Source of the DNA: an uncultured delta proteobacterium
GTDB lineage: Bacteria > Desulfobacterota > Syntrophobacteria > Syntrophobacterales > Syntrophobacteraceae
Assembly (NCBI GenBank): GCA_963808625.1
Contig: CAWEHK010000029.1
Coordinates: 96,001 to 160,000 of the forward strand
Direction of reading: 5' to 3'
DNA: 64,000 nt
In this document: one piece after another, positions 19,513-29,406 of the stretch
Numbering within the stretch: the stretch's first letter is position 1
Layout of the letters: every line of letters starts with the position of its first letter
Notes under the pieces: generated by a model
Told to the model about the DNA's origin: nothing
Seen by the model: the letters and a program-made list of their open reading frames with translations, nothing else
The model's database searches: none
Position numbers and translations under genes: made by a program

Positions 19513-19931
19513 ACGGAATTTCGGATTTCGGATATCGGATATGAGATTTCGGATGCCGGGTATGTGATCTCGGACGTGGAATTTCAGGTTTCAAAACAAA
19601 ACAGCATGAGTGCCTGCACAGTTATCAATATTTCATCACCCTCGATCCTGAGCGCTATGCGAGTTAAGTCATCCCCAAAATGGACACTTTCTCCCCTAGG
19701 AACAACTACTTACAGAATTAGTGCGGTAAAGTCGGGCTAGCGAACCTCAGCGCCGGCATTTGCGCCTCGAACGGGTCGTCCCCAAAATCTTCTCACGTGG
19801 CCCGGGGGCGAGCCGCGTCAATCGGCCTCATGCCGTGTGTCCACGCCGGCTTTTTTGAGCCGAGGCCCTTCCCTCCGAGCGCCAAAGGATTTATCCTCCA
19901 GGGCGTCAAATTCTGAATTGGGGTGGATATC

Positions 19932-21179
19932 ATGATGCAATTTCTTAAAGTGAAGACCGTGGACCAGGTTCTGGAGATCATAAGCGGCCTGGAGCCACTG
20001 CCGAACGAGATCGTTGAGCTTGATTCCGCGTGCGGGCGAGTGCTTGCTGCCGGGATCACTGCTCCCGAGCCGGTCCCTCATTTTGACCGCTCCGTTATGG
20101 ACGGTTATGCCGTGCGGGCGCAAGATACCTTCGGGGCGTCCGAAATGCTGCCGGCACTGCTCGAGATTGACGGCGAGGTGTCCATGGGCGAGGCGGTGAC
20201 GCGGCAAATCGAGCCGGGGAAAGCGGTGGCCATTCCTACCGGCGGCATGCTCCCGGCTGGCGCGGATGCCGTGGTTATGGTCGAGTACACCCATCCTCTG
20301 GACGCGCGAACCATTGAAGTGAGCAAGGCCGTGGCCCCCGGCGAGAATGTTCTGGGAAGGGGCGAAGATATCCCGGTCGGTGAGATTCTGCTGCCACGGG
20401 GATGGCGCCTGCGCCCCCAGGATTTGGGAATGCTTGCCGCTCTGGGCATCTGCACTGCAGCGGTCACCTGCCGTCCGCGTGTGGCCATTCTTTCCACTGG
20501 GGATGAAATCGTACCAATTTCGACCCCAACCCTCTTGCCTGGAAAGGTCCGTGATATCAACAGCTTCACCCTCGCTGCCCAGATGGAGGAAGGCGGGGCC
20601 ACGGTGAGCTATCGCGCAGCCGTTGCGGACCGCCTCGAGGTGTTGGTCAACACCTGCCGGGAAGCCTTTCGCGAGCACGATGTGGTCGTTCTTTCCGGGG
20701 GGAGTTCCGTCGGGATGCGAGACTTTACCGTGCGGATCCTGGAAGCATTCGCAGAGGCGGAGTTGCTCGTGCACGGGGTCGCGATTCGCCCGGGAAAACC
20801 TACGATCCTGGCGCGCATCGGGAAGAAAATCTTCTGGGGTCTCCCCGGTCATCCGGTATCCGCCCTGACCGTCTGCAGGGCACTCGTTTTGCCCTCTCTG
20901 GCAGTACTCCAGGGGATCGCGGGGAGTGATCAGGATCAGGATCTCGGGAGCACCCTCTTTGGCGTTCTCGCCAACCAGCTCCCCTCGGTCCATGGCCGGA
21001 CCGACTATGTGCCGGTGAGCCTCATCAGGGATGGGGATGCCTTTCTGGTCAAGCCGATTTTCGGGAAGTCCGCCATGATCAGTGTCCTGGGCCGCGCGGA
21101 TGGCTGTGTCGTCGTGCCTGCTCATGTGGAAGGTCTGGATCAGGGAAGCCGCGTGAAGGTATACCTCTTTTCCAGGTGA
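19932..21179 (+). CDS. moeA: Molybdopterin molybdenumtransferase MoeA
   Basis: PHFDRSVMDGYAV, IPTGGMLPAGADAVVMVE, STGDE, SGGSSVG, RPGKP, GLPGHPVS. Confidence 0.96.
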   Translation: MMQFLKVKTVDQVLEIISGLEPLPNEIVELDSACGRVLAAGITAPEPVPHFDRSVMDGYAVRAQDTFGASEMLPALLEIDGEVSMGEAVTRQIEPGKAVAIPTGGMLPAGADAVVMVEYTHPLDARTIEVSKAVAPGENVLGRGEDIPVGEILLPRGWRLRPQDLGMLAALGICTAAVTCRPRVAILSTGDEIVPISTPTLLPGKVRDINSFTLAAQMEEGGATVSYRAAVADRLEVLVNTCREAFREHDVVVLSGGSSVGMRDFTVRILEAFAEAELLVHGVAIRPGKPTILARIGKKIFWGLPGHPVSALTVCRALVLPSLAVLQGIAGSDQDQDLGSTLFGVLANQLPSVHGRTDYVPVSLIRDGDAFLVKPIFGKSAMISVLGRADGCVVVPAHVEGLDQGSRVKVYLFSR

Positions 21180-21381
21180 TCCGCGTCTCCGGCAGGAATC
21201 CGTAAACCGTGAAACGACCGCTCAGGTCCAGCCTGTTGAATCTCGAATATCGAACAGGGAACCGCAGAATATCGAAGGAAAATGAGGACTTCGATCCTCA
21301 CCTTTTCCCCATAAGCGGACTGAGCGGGATAGTTTGATGCCTATGGGGGCAGCGAAGGCGGGCAATCAGTAAGCTAGTTCT

Positions 21382-21471
21382 CATCCGGAAAGTGGCGCCT
21401 TGTTCTGTAGGAGGGGCTTCCAGCCCCGATCGCGGCTGGAAGCCCCTCCTACAAAATGGGGTTTCCGGATG
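21382..21471. repeat. GTAG-REP hairpin nested in CATCCGGAAA/TTTCCGGATG outer IR
   Basis: Near-perfect palindrome tgtaggaggggcttccagcc...ggctggaagcccctcctaca (21406-21453) inside a 10-bp IR. Same outer IR at 34551-34683. Confidence 0.8.
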
Positions 21472-21479
21472 GACACAAG

Positions 21480-22103
21480 CTAGTCTCCCGTTGGCGGCAC
21501 GATGGCTTCGACGTCTTCCACGTCAAGCTCGACGCTGACGGACCGGCAAATCATATCGACACTGACAATCAGTCTCCCCTTGTTCGGATTCTGCCTTAAC
21601 AAGATCCCCACACAACCGGATAATGGCCCGCGAATGACCCGCACCCAATTGCCCTCTTTCAGATAGGGGTTTAAGGTCAAGGGATTGCGGGATCCGAGCA
21701 AAGTCTGCAGGTTCTCGATCTGAAAAGAGGGAATCGGCAGAGGTCCTTCAGAATTGCCGAGAAGGGTCAACGCACCCGGCGTTCTGAGGATGTGGACGTG
21801 AGTGTAATTGTCAAGAATTGTTCGCACGAAAATGTATCCTGGAAACATGGGTACCGAGACCTTCTTCCGCCGGTCCTTCCGCTTGCTCCAGCATTCCATC
21901 AACGGCACGAAGGAATTGATGTCCTTTTGCTCCAGCCGCGTAGCGACTTCCCTTTCGTGATTAACCTGGACATAGACGGCAAACCATGACTCAACTTCTC
22001 CCGCCAGAAGCGGAAAGAGGAAGGGACCGCGTGGCGCGAGACCGTCGACGGGAATGATCAAAGGTTCATGGCTAAAGCTTCTCGTTGTATGCACTGAACT
22101 CAT
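21480..22103 (-). CDS. UpxY/LoaP-type NusG-paralogue transcription antiterminator
   Basis: WFAVYVQVNHEREV, WSKRKDRRKKVSVPMFPGYIFV (NGN domain), and KOW motif EGNWVRVIRGPLSG. Confidence 0.9.
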   Translation of the reverse strand: MSSVHTTRSFSHEPLIIPVDGLAPRGPFLFPLLAGEVESWFAVYVQVNHEREVATRLEQKDINSFVPLMECWSKRKDRRKKVSVPMFPGYIFVRTILDNYTHVHILRTPGALTLLGNSEGPLPIPSFQIENLQTLLGSRNPLTLNPYLKEGNWVRVIRGPLSGCVGILLRQNPNKGRLIVSVDMICRSVSVELDVEDVEAIVPPTGD

Positions 22104-22159
22104 TGTCGGCTAAATCCTTCTATCCGTGAGCGCGAAAGAGAAAGCCCATGCTTGAAAAT

Positions 22160-22200
22160 CTGCCGCCACTTTGGATTATGCGCTCATTTAGGGCAACCAA
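22160..22200 (-). promoter_or_regulatory. JUMPstart/ops-like leader element
   Basis: Minus strand TTGGTTGC...CCAA-AGT-GGCGGCAG: a TTGG/CCAA stem followed by a 7/8 match to ops GGCGGTAG. Confidence 0.4.
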
Positions 22201-22229
22201 CGATGACGCAACGGCGAACTCCATTCGCC

Positions 22230-22246
22230 AGCAATAAATGCGCCAG
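22230..22246 (-). promoter_or_regulatory. Sigma54 (RpoN) -24/-12 promoter upstream of the UpxY gene
   Basis: Minus strand CTGGCGCATTTATTGCT is GG-N10-GC and close to consensus TGGCAC-N5-TTGC. Confidence 0.65.
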
Positions 22247-22328
22247 CAGACCCGCCCCCACTGAAATCATTATAGACAGCTGAGGATTAATTTCAAGAAG
22301 GAGATGTCGGCGGCCAAGTCTTGCTCCT

Positions 22329-22481
22329 AGGAGGCTGTCTGAAAATTGGTCGAAGGTTATGGGGCGGCGGCGATCAAACCTTGTAGGAGTCGGCTTCCAG
22401 CCGCGACCGGACTAAATCGCGGCAGGATGGCGCTCCTACAGATGGACTGACCAGTTGCATGTCATTTTCAGACAGGCTCCT
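22329..22481. repeat. MITE-like element (18-bp TIR AGGAG(G/C)CTGTCTGAAAAT) containing a GTAG-REP hairpin
   Basis: TIRs 22329-22346 and 22464-22481 match 17/18; inner tgtaggag...ctcctaca at 22382-22440. Confidence 0.75.
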
Positions 22482-22514
22482 GGAGAGGCGCAACAGCAAA
22501 AGGCGGGCTGTCAA

Positions 22515-25455
22515 CTACCTGCGTGAGCCATGAGGCAGCATATCCTGCAGGTTCCAGGGGGTGGGGACTCTCAAGACCCGACCATGGCGATCGGCATAGA
22601 GGAGATAGCCTGTTTCGAGCGCTCGGTAAAACAGGTCTCTGGTGAGGATAACATCCAGCTTGCAGTGCTCGATCAGGGGGTCCCAGTTGCCTTCCCGAAA
22701 CCATGTGACCGCCTGCACCCCGTCAGAGGTCTTACTCCTGCCGAGATTCTTTTCGGCAAGATGGGCGAGGCTCAGCCGAAACCCCAGCACCTGGTGGATT
22801 TCTCGCAGCAGGTCAAACGTCGGCAGCTTGCGGAGATCATATGGCGCGTAGGCGCGGAGAACTTCATAATCAAACGATGCGATGTTGAAGCCCACGACCA
22901 GGTCCAGGGCCCGCAGATCCTTGAGAAATGGCCCGATATTCTCTTCCCGGAAGACTTTGAAGGTGTCGCTGTGGGTTTCATAGAGAACGGCCACCGAAAC
23001 CCTCATCAGGTGCTTGTTTTGCCATCCCCCGACGTCATCGGCCAGACGCTGCGTTTCCAGGTCGAAAAAGCCGATGCGCGGCGGTGGCGGCGAATGGGGT
23101 GCAGTGACTACTGTGCAGACCGCACTGGATTCGTCACAGTGCGAGGGAGGGACGTTTTCTGAGAAATTCAACTCGCCGAGCAGGTATTTCAGGATCACCA
23201 GGGCTGCTTCTTTATCCAGGGGTTTGTTGCCCGATCCGCACTTGGGTGAATGAATACAGGCCGGACATCCATCCGGGCACGAACAGGAAGCGACCAGGTC
23301 TTTGGTTCTTTCCAGTAGCGGCAGGAGCATTTCATAGCCCCTTGCGGCAAGGCCGATCCCCCCGGGATAGCCGTCGTAGATAAAGATGGCGGCCTTCTCC
23401 ACCTGCGGGTGCAGAGGTATGGAAATCCCCCCGATGTCGTTTCGGTCACAGAGCGCGAAGAGCGGAAACATGCTGATTACCGCATGTTCAACCGCATGAA
23501 TGCCGCCCATGAAGTGAAGTTTGGCGGCTTGAATGCTCCGCGCCAGGTCGGGTTCGATTTCGATCCAGAAACCGACGGTTTCGAAGGTCTGTTGCGGCAG
23601 GTCAAGGGGGTCCGTACCGAGGAGCTCCTGCGAAAAAAGGCGGCGTTTCTCGTACCCGGTAATCGTCTCGGTGACCCGCAGGCGACCGAGTCGCACGAGG
23701 AAGTTTCCCACGGGTTTTGAGGCCAGTATTTCCAGGATTTCGGTCTCTTTTTCGCTCTTGACCCGGGTGAAGTAGGAAGCCTGCGAGGGTTTCACGAGAA
23801 TCACGCGATTTGCCAGATCCAGGCTCTGCACCTGGTAGGTCTCCCCACGATGCAAATAGATGGCTCCAGGATGGCATTCCTTGAGCGCTCGAATGCCTTC
23901 GCTCTTGCCCAGGGGAACATGCCGATCGTCCTTGGAACTCTTTAGTATCACGTAGGCCGGGCCAACCGAGCGAATATCGACCTGCCGGTGGGGATGGGAG
24001 GAAGCGGACAACCACTGGGTGCCGTCCCCGGTCTGGACCAGCTTTCCGGTCCTGGTGAGGGTCTCAACCAGATGGCCAAAAGGCTGTTCCTGGAGGGCTA
24101 CTTCCGCCATCTTCCAGGGGCAGTTCGGCGGCAGCGCAGGGGATGTGGGCCTTGAGAATTTCTTCGTTGAGGGGATCGGTGACGGCGATCTCGTATCCGC
24201 TGTCAAGGAATATCTGGGGATGGTGAACGATGTACTGATCCAGGGCATCGTATTGCGGCAGCAGGATGATCGCCGATTCCCGCCCGCTTCTCCCGGCCCG
24301 GCCTCCGCGCTGCCAGGTGTTCATCACCGTTCCCGGATAGCCCACCAGGATGCACAGGTCCAAACCACCAATGTCGATACCCATCTCGAGGGCGCTGGTG
24401 GAAATGACCGCCGCAAGCTGCCCCCCCGACAGCTTTTGCTCGATGGTCCGCCGCTCTTCGGGGAGGAAACCGGCGCGATAGGAGCTGACCCGATTCGCCA
24501 GTTGAGGCGCCTCACGGAGGACACTCATGTGAATCAGTTCGGTAACCTTGCGTGACTGGGTGAAGGCGATCGTCTTGAGCCCGCCTTCCGCTGCTTTCAC
24601 AATGAGGCGTGCGGCCATGCTCGAGACATGACCTCCCAGGCCTTCTTCCGGTTCCATGAAGACGAAATGGCGCTTCGCCTGAGGGGCGCCGTTTTCGGGA
24701 ATGACTTCGATGCCGTTGGACTGCTTGCCGATGAGCTGCTGCGCAAGTTCCTGCGGGTTGGCGATGGTTGCGGAAAGGAGGATGAACTGCGGGGTGCTGC
24801 CATAGAAGCGGCAAATCCTGTCGAGGCGCCGAAGTACCTGGGCGACGTGGCTCCCAAAGATGCCGCGATAGGTGTGCATTTCATCGATAATGACGAAACG
24901 CAGCTTCTTCCAGAACAGTTCCCACTTGGCGTGGTAAGGCAGCAGGGCATAATGGAGCATGTCGGGATTAGTGAGCAGGATGTGCGGGTGATTGTTGCGT
25001 ATCTTGGTTCGCTGATAGGGGGTGGTGTCGCCGTCGTAGACTGCGGCGCGGAAGAGAACGCGATCCTGTTCCGCACGAAGGGCCTCGAAAAAAGTGTTCA
25101 AGGCTTCCAGCTGATCGCGACTCAGGGCCTTGATCGGGAAAAGATACAGCGCCCGCTGTTCATGGTCTTTGATGAGCGCTTCGGCGACCGCCAGATTGTA
25201 AATGAGAGACTTCCCGCTTGCGGTAGGGGAAGCGACGGCGAGGTGACGGCCTGAACGGATGATTTCGAGGGCCCGTGTTTGATGACGGTAAAGCCTGGTA
25301 ATGCCAAGTCTCGGCAGGGATTGCTGGAGGCTCTCCGGGAGCGGGTCCTGAAGCGCGCCGTAAATCGCCTCACGGGCAGGGAGAACCTCATGGTGAATGA
25401 CTTTGAAACCCTGCCATCGACGCTTGAGCAGCGTATCCAGGAAGCGTTGAATCAC
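22515..25455 (-). CDS. DEAD/DEAH helicase with DUF1998 Zn domain fused to a C-terminal RNase H-like exonuclease (MrfA/YprA + YprB-like); frameshift near 24100
   Basis: PTASGKS, LTNPDMLH, IIDEMH, SATIAN, STSALEMGIDIG, QRGGRAGR; CSCPDGCPAC; FFDLETQ...GFNIASFD...HCKLDV. GTG start at 25455 with GAGGGG RBS. Confidence 0.9.
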
Positions 25456-25561
25456 GTCGAATGGCCCCTCACTGCCTTCAGTGCTGACGCACAAGTCAGC
25501 GCATTGCGGTGAGATATGGTTTTGGAGGGATGAAGAGAAATAATTTGTCGCAACAAAGGAG

Positions 25562-25590
25562 TAGACACGAGAAGCGCCCTTTGATAGTAT
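25562..25590 (+). promoter_or_regulatory. Putative sigma70 promoter inside the IS left end
   Basis: TAGACA-17 nt-TAGTAT, then AGGAGG RBS before ATG 25631. Confidence 0.5.
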
Positions 25591-25630
25591 AGCGTGGAAC
25601 GATTCCGGGTTGAACAGGAGGAATAGCGCT

Positions 25631-26512
25631 ATGCATCAGCGGCAAGGGAATGAATTGATCCAGTGCGGACGGGAAATCAGCATTAGAGAGATAGAGGAAA
25701 TCAGTGAGACGGTTGCGACGTTTTGGAGGTTGAGTCGTGAAGAACTGTTAGTGACGATATGTGAGCATTTAGGATGGCATAGTGCCTCCGGGAGTCCCAA
25801 GGCCAATGCCTGCTTGAAGCTTTTGGAAAGACTGGAATCGCAGGGTTTTTTGAAGGTGCCTTCAAAGCAGGTAAGTTCACGGAAGGGATCGAGGAAGCCG
25901 TGTTTGACGGAGAGGACAGGGCTCCAGCCAGCGATAGAAGGTGGTATCAGAGAGGTGGGACGTGTTCGCCTGGAGGTGGTAAGAGAAAGGCAGGAGACGG
26001 AGCTTTGGAATGAATATGTGAACCGGTACCACTACCTTGGTTACAAGCGGCCATTTGGTTGTTTTGCACGGTATTTTGTAGAGAGCGAGCGTGGTAGGTT
26101 GGGCTGTCTGTTGTTTGCTGGAGCCGCGAAGTCATTAGGAGAGCGGGATCGTTGGATCGGTTGGAGCGCAAGCACGCGACTGAGGAATCTTGGCTGGGTA
26201 GTGAACAATACGCGATTTGTGATTTTTCCATGGGTGAAGGTTAAATATTTGGCAAGTCACGTATTGGGTCAGGCCATAAGGCGGATAAGGGCGGATTGGG
26301 AGGAGAGGTGGAGTTATCGCCCGGTATTGGTGGAGACGTTTGTAGATCCTCAGTACTATGCTGGGACATGTTACCGGGCGGCAAACTGGCAATATGTTGG
26401 GATGACAACCGGGGAAGGGCTTATCCGCAAGGGCAAGAGCTACACAACGAGTCCCAAGAAGATCTTTGTTAAGCCACTTGTTGACGATTTCCGCACGGTT
26501 CTATGTTCATAG
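25631..26512 (+). CDS. DUF4338 (DruA-like) domain protein carried by the IS
   Basis: LSREEL...ICEHLGW, WNEYVNRYHYLGY, RDRWIGW, VNNTRFVIFPWV, LASHVL, ETFVD, GTCYRAANW..VGMTTG. Confidence 0.88.
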   Translation: MHQRQGNELIQCGREISIREIEEISETVATFWRLSREELLVTICEHLGWHSASGSPKANACLKLLERLESQGFLKVPSKQVSSRKGSRKPCLTERTGLQPAIEGGIREVGRVRLEVVRERQETELWNEYVNRYHYLGYKRPFGCFARYFVESERGRLGCLLFAGAAKSLGERDRWIGWSASTRLRNLGWVVNNTRFVIFPWVKVKYLASHVLGQAIRRIRADWEERWSYRPVLVETFVDPQYYAGTCYRAANWQYVGMTTGEGLIRKGKSYTTSPKKIFVKPLVDDFRTVLCS

Positions 26513-26534
26513 ATAACGGTTGGGAGGGCAAACC

Positions 26535-28061
26535 ATGAGCAAACCCAGCCGTCGTCCGAATCGGGAAGAGATCAAAGCGCAAAGGAAGGAGAGGAAGCGA
26601 GCCCAGAAGGCCTTGCGTGAGGAGCAGAAAGGGAAGGGATTGCAGGGTTCCTCGCACTCAACGATCGCGAATCACAAGTGCGCATACCAGGACGTGGGGG
26701 AGGAACATAGCGCGCGTAACGAGGCGGTATGGGAGCAATTGAAGGTATTTCGCGCCAAGTTGCCAGTACTTCTGGGGCGACTGTCGAAGATTCCGGAGCC
26801 CAGAAACCCCAAAAAGACGAAGCATAAGCTTACGGTCCTGTTGATCTACGGGATATTGGTGTTTGTATTGCAGATGAGCTCGTCTCGCGAGGCCAACAGA
26901 GAAATGACCCGCCCGATGTTTTGGGAGAACCTGAAACTGATCTTTCCGGAACTTGAGGAGGTGCCCCATCATGATACGCTGAAACGTCTCTTGTGGGAGC
27001 TTGATGTAGGGGAGATCGAGAGCGCGCAGATCGAGCTGATCCGGGAATGGATCAGGCAGAAGAAGTTTCGCCGGTATTTGATCGAGAATTGTTACCCGAT
27101 AGCGATAGATGGTACGCAGAAGCTGGCTCGCGATTGGCTGTGGGATGAAGAGTGTATGCAGCGTACGGTTGGGAAGGACGAGTCTCAACATGTTCAGTAT
27201 TATGTTTACGTTTTGCAGGCCAGTCTGGCTTTCAGAGACGGAATGAGCATTCCTTTGATGAGCGAGTTTCTGAGCTTCACAGCAGGCGATACCGGTGACA
27301 GTAAACAGGACTGTGAGCTAAAGGGATTCTACCGGCTGGGTCGACGGCTCAAGGAGGCATTTCCTGCTCTGCGGATCATTGTTTTTCTGGATGGTCTTTA
27401 CGCCAATGGGCCCGTGATGGAGTTTTGCCGAGAACACAAATGGCAATACATGATCGTTTTGCAGGACAAGAGTTTACCGAGCGTGCATGGTGAATTTGAA
27501 GCCATAAGCGAACTGGAGCCCAAGAATCGGTATACCCGTACATGGGGCAACAGAAGGCAGCATTTTCGATGGGCGAATGATATCGAGTACGGCTTTGGAC
27601 CGAATGGGAAAAAGATAGAGACCATTCATGTGGTCGAATGCGTAGAGACCTGGCAGGAGATCGAGAAAGGGGGCACACGGGTTGTTGAAAAGAAGGGTCG
27701 GCATCTGTGGATATCCAGCGAACCTCTCAACAGGAGCAACCTCCACGAGCGATGCAATTTGGGCGCCCGCTCTCGGTGGACCATAGAGACAGGTTTTCTG
27801 GTAGAGAAACATCATGGTTATCAGTACGAACACTGCTTTGCATATAACTGGAATGCCATGAGGGGATACCATTACCTGATGCAACTGGGCCACATTTTCA
27901 ACATCATGGCCCGGTACTCGGAGAGGCTTGCCAAAATCGTTAAAGAGACGGGGATTAGAGGTCTAATCTCCTTTGTTCGCCAAACCATGGCCAGCCCATG
28001 GCTGGATCGCGCATGGATCGAGGAACGCCTTGCTGCCCCATATCAGCTCCGGCTGATATAG
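26535..28061 (+). CDS. DDE transposase (IS4/ISAs1-like superfamily)
   Basis: PEPRNPKKTKHKL, PHHDTL, IAIDGT, KQDCELK, LDGLY and RSRWTIETGF supply D-D-E residues; GYQYEH. Confidence 0.88.
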   Translation: MSKPSRRPNREEIKAQRKERKRAQKALREEQKGKGLQGSSHSTIANHKCAYQDVGEEHSARNEAVWEQLKVFRAKLPVLLGRLSKIPEPRNPKKTKHKLTVLLIYGILVFVLQMSSSREANREMTRPMFWENLKLIFPELEEVPHHDTLKRLLWELDVGEIESAQIELIREWIRQKKFRRYLIENCYPIAIDGTQKLARDWLWDEECMQRTVGKDESQHVQYYVYVLQASLAFRDGMSIPLMSEFLSFTAGDTGDSKQDCELKGFYRLGRRLKEAFPALRIIVFLDGLYANGPVMEFCREHKWQYMIVLQDKSLPSVHGEFEAISELEPKNRYTRTWGNRRQHFRWANDIEYGFGPNGKKIETIHVVECVETWQEIEKGGTRVVEKKGRHLWISSEPLNRSNLHERCNLGARSRWTIETGFLVEKHHGYQYEHCFAYNWNAMRGYHYLMQLGHIFNIMARYSERLAKIVKETGIRGLISFVRQTMASPWLDRAWIEERLAAPYQLRLI

Positions 28062-28339
28062 CACACAGGCAGTCAGCATAATCTAAATGGCCCCCAACCA
28101 GGGGGAAAAGGGGAATTATGCTCGGAGCGGCAGAAAACCTCAGCATCGGGAGCCATGGAATGACCTGGGGCCTGACACTCTATATAATTTGCATCTGCCA
28201 ACCAGTGGGACGGCGTCCGAACTGCTCGAAAATCGATGCCCGGACCTCGATTTTTAAAGTCGTGCGTCAGCAATGCACTGCCTTGCGCGCGGTTGACATC
28301 ACGGCCCAATACTCGTTAAGGATGAAAAGTTTCTTTTTC

Positions 28340-28423
28340 TACCGCGGAGAGCGCAGAGTACGCAGAGAGATTTTGTCTTGAAATATTTTGGTTTCTCTGC
28401 GATCTCAGCGTGCTCTGCGGTTA
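28340..28423. repeat. 9-mer-unit hairpin repeat (ACCGCAGAG-ACGCAGAG family)
   Basis: accgcggagagcgcagagtacgcagag...ctctgcgatctcagcgtgctctgcggtt. Relatives at ~34455-34520, 50988-51014 and 61384-61559. Confidence 0.65.
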
Positions 28424-28677
28424 ATGATTCAGCCTACCAAAATGAAGATTCTCAGTCTAACAAGTTTAATCCATTTCTTCAGGGAGATTATCGTAGCCCG
28501 GCCCGGCCACTCCCCATCCCCGGCAGAAAAGTCACGGCGGACCTTGACAATCCTCTGTCCTCCCTGTAATCGGAAATCAGATTAACTCAAAAGGGTTAGC
28601 GTGGGCAAGGCAAGAGGTTCATGATAGGATGACGCCTTCTCAGGGCAGGAAAGTCCGGCAGAAATGAGAGGATGACC

Positions 28678-29406
28678 ATGAAGACCGAAGAGATCATCAA
28701 AAAGATCCACTGGTTGGGGCACGATACCATTTGGCTTGAGGGAAGCATCGAGGTCTGTATCGATCCCTTCCAGATCAGCACGAAACGACCGGCCGATCTC
28801 ATTTTGATCACCCACGAACATTTCGACCACTGCTCCCCGGAGGATGTGGCGAAGATTCAACGGAAAGAGACCACCATTGTGACGGATGCGGTATCGGCGA
28901 AAAAACTCCGGGGAGATGTTCGGGTTGTGGCTCCCGGCGACACTCTCAAGGTGAAGGGCGTGGATCTGGAGGTGGGGCCTGCGTACAATACGAACAAGGA
29001 TTTTCATCCGAAAAAGGCCGCCATGCTCTCTTTCGTGGTAACTCTGGATGGTGTTCGGTACTATCACGCCGGCGATACGGACTTCATCCCGGAGATGAAG
29101 GACCTCCACGTCGATGTCGCCTTCCTCCCGGTTTCCGGCACCTACGTGATGACCGCCGAGGAAGCGATCCAGGCGGCTCGTGCCATCAAGCCCGGTCTGG
29201 CCATCCCCATGCACTACGGGGCCATTGTCGGCTCGGAAGCTGATGCGGTGAAATTCAAGAACGCACTTCAGGGCGAAATAGAGGTCACCATCCTCTCGAA
29301 AGAAGCCTTGTCAGATTTAAGGAGTCGCTCGTGTCGGCGGCTTATCTTGAGGCATACCGTTCCGGCCGGCTGGAAGAAAAGATCCGCCGGAGCCTGCGCT
29401 GGTTGA
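28678..29406 (+). CDS. Metallo-beta-lactamase-fold hydrolase (UPF0173-like); C-terminal tail may be read-through from an indel
   Basis: IHWLGH, IDPF, LITHEHFDH, YHAGDT, PMHYG. Confidence 0.88.
   Translation: MKTEEIIKKIHWLGHDTIWLEGSIEVCIDPFQISTKRPADLILITHEHFDHCSPEDVAKIQRKETTIVTDAVSAKKLRGDVRVVAPGDTLKVKGVDLEVGPAYNTNKDFHPKKAAMLSFVVTLDGVRYYHAGDTDFIPEMKDLHVDVAFLPVSGTYVMTAEEAIQAARAIKPGLAIPMHYGAIVGSEADAVKFKNALQGEIEVTILSKEALSDLRSRSCRRLILRHTVPAGWKKRSAGACAG

Larger units (their letters stand above)
25479..28275 (+). mobile_element. Two-ORF insertion sequence (DUF4338 gene + DDE transposase), 2797 bp
   Basis: IRL cagtgctgacgcac (25479-25492) vs reverse complement of IRR cattgctgacgcac (28262-28275), 13/14 match. 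9-bp direct repeat CACTGCCTT at 25470-25478 and 28276-28284. Confidence 0.92.

Noticed and set aside
19600..19920. Moco/Wco riboswitch or other ncRNA upstream of moeA
   Set aside because: No motif I can recognise; only a short ccccaaaat repeat. An Infernal scan would be needed.
25631..26512. Druantia defence system (DUF4338 next to a DUF1998 helicase)
   Set aside because: DUF4338 lies inside IS ends with a TSD and is divergent from the helicase, which is MrfA-sized rather than the much larger DruE. Adjacency is explained by the insertion.
29310..29406. 76-bp overlap between the MBL hydrolase and the radical SAM gene
   Set aside because: The tail after ...VTILSKE has no conserved character and is most simply a lost stop in an indel-prone assembly.
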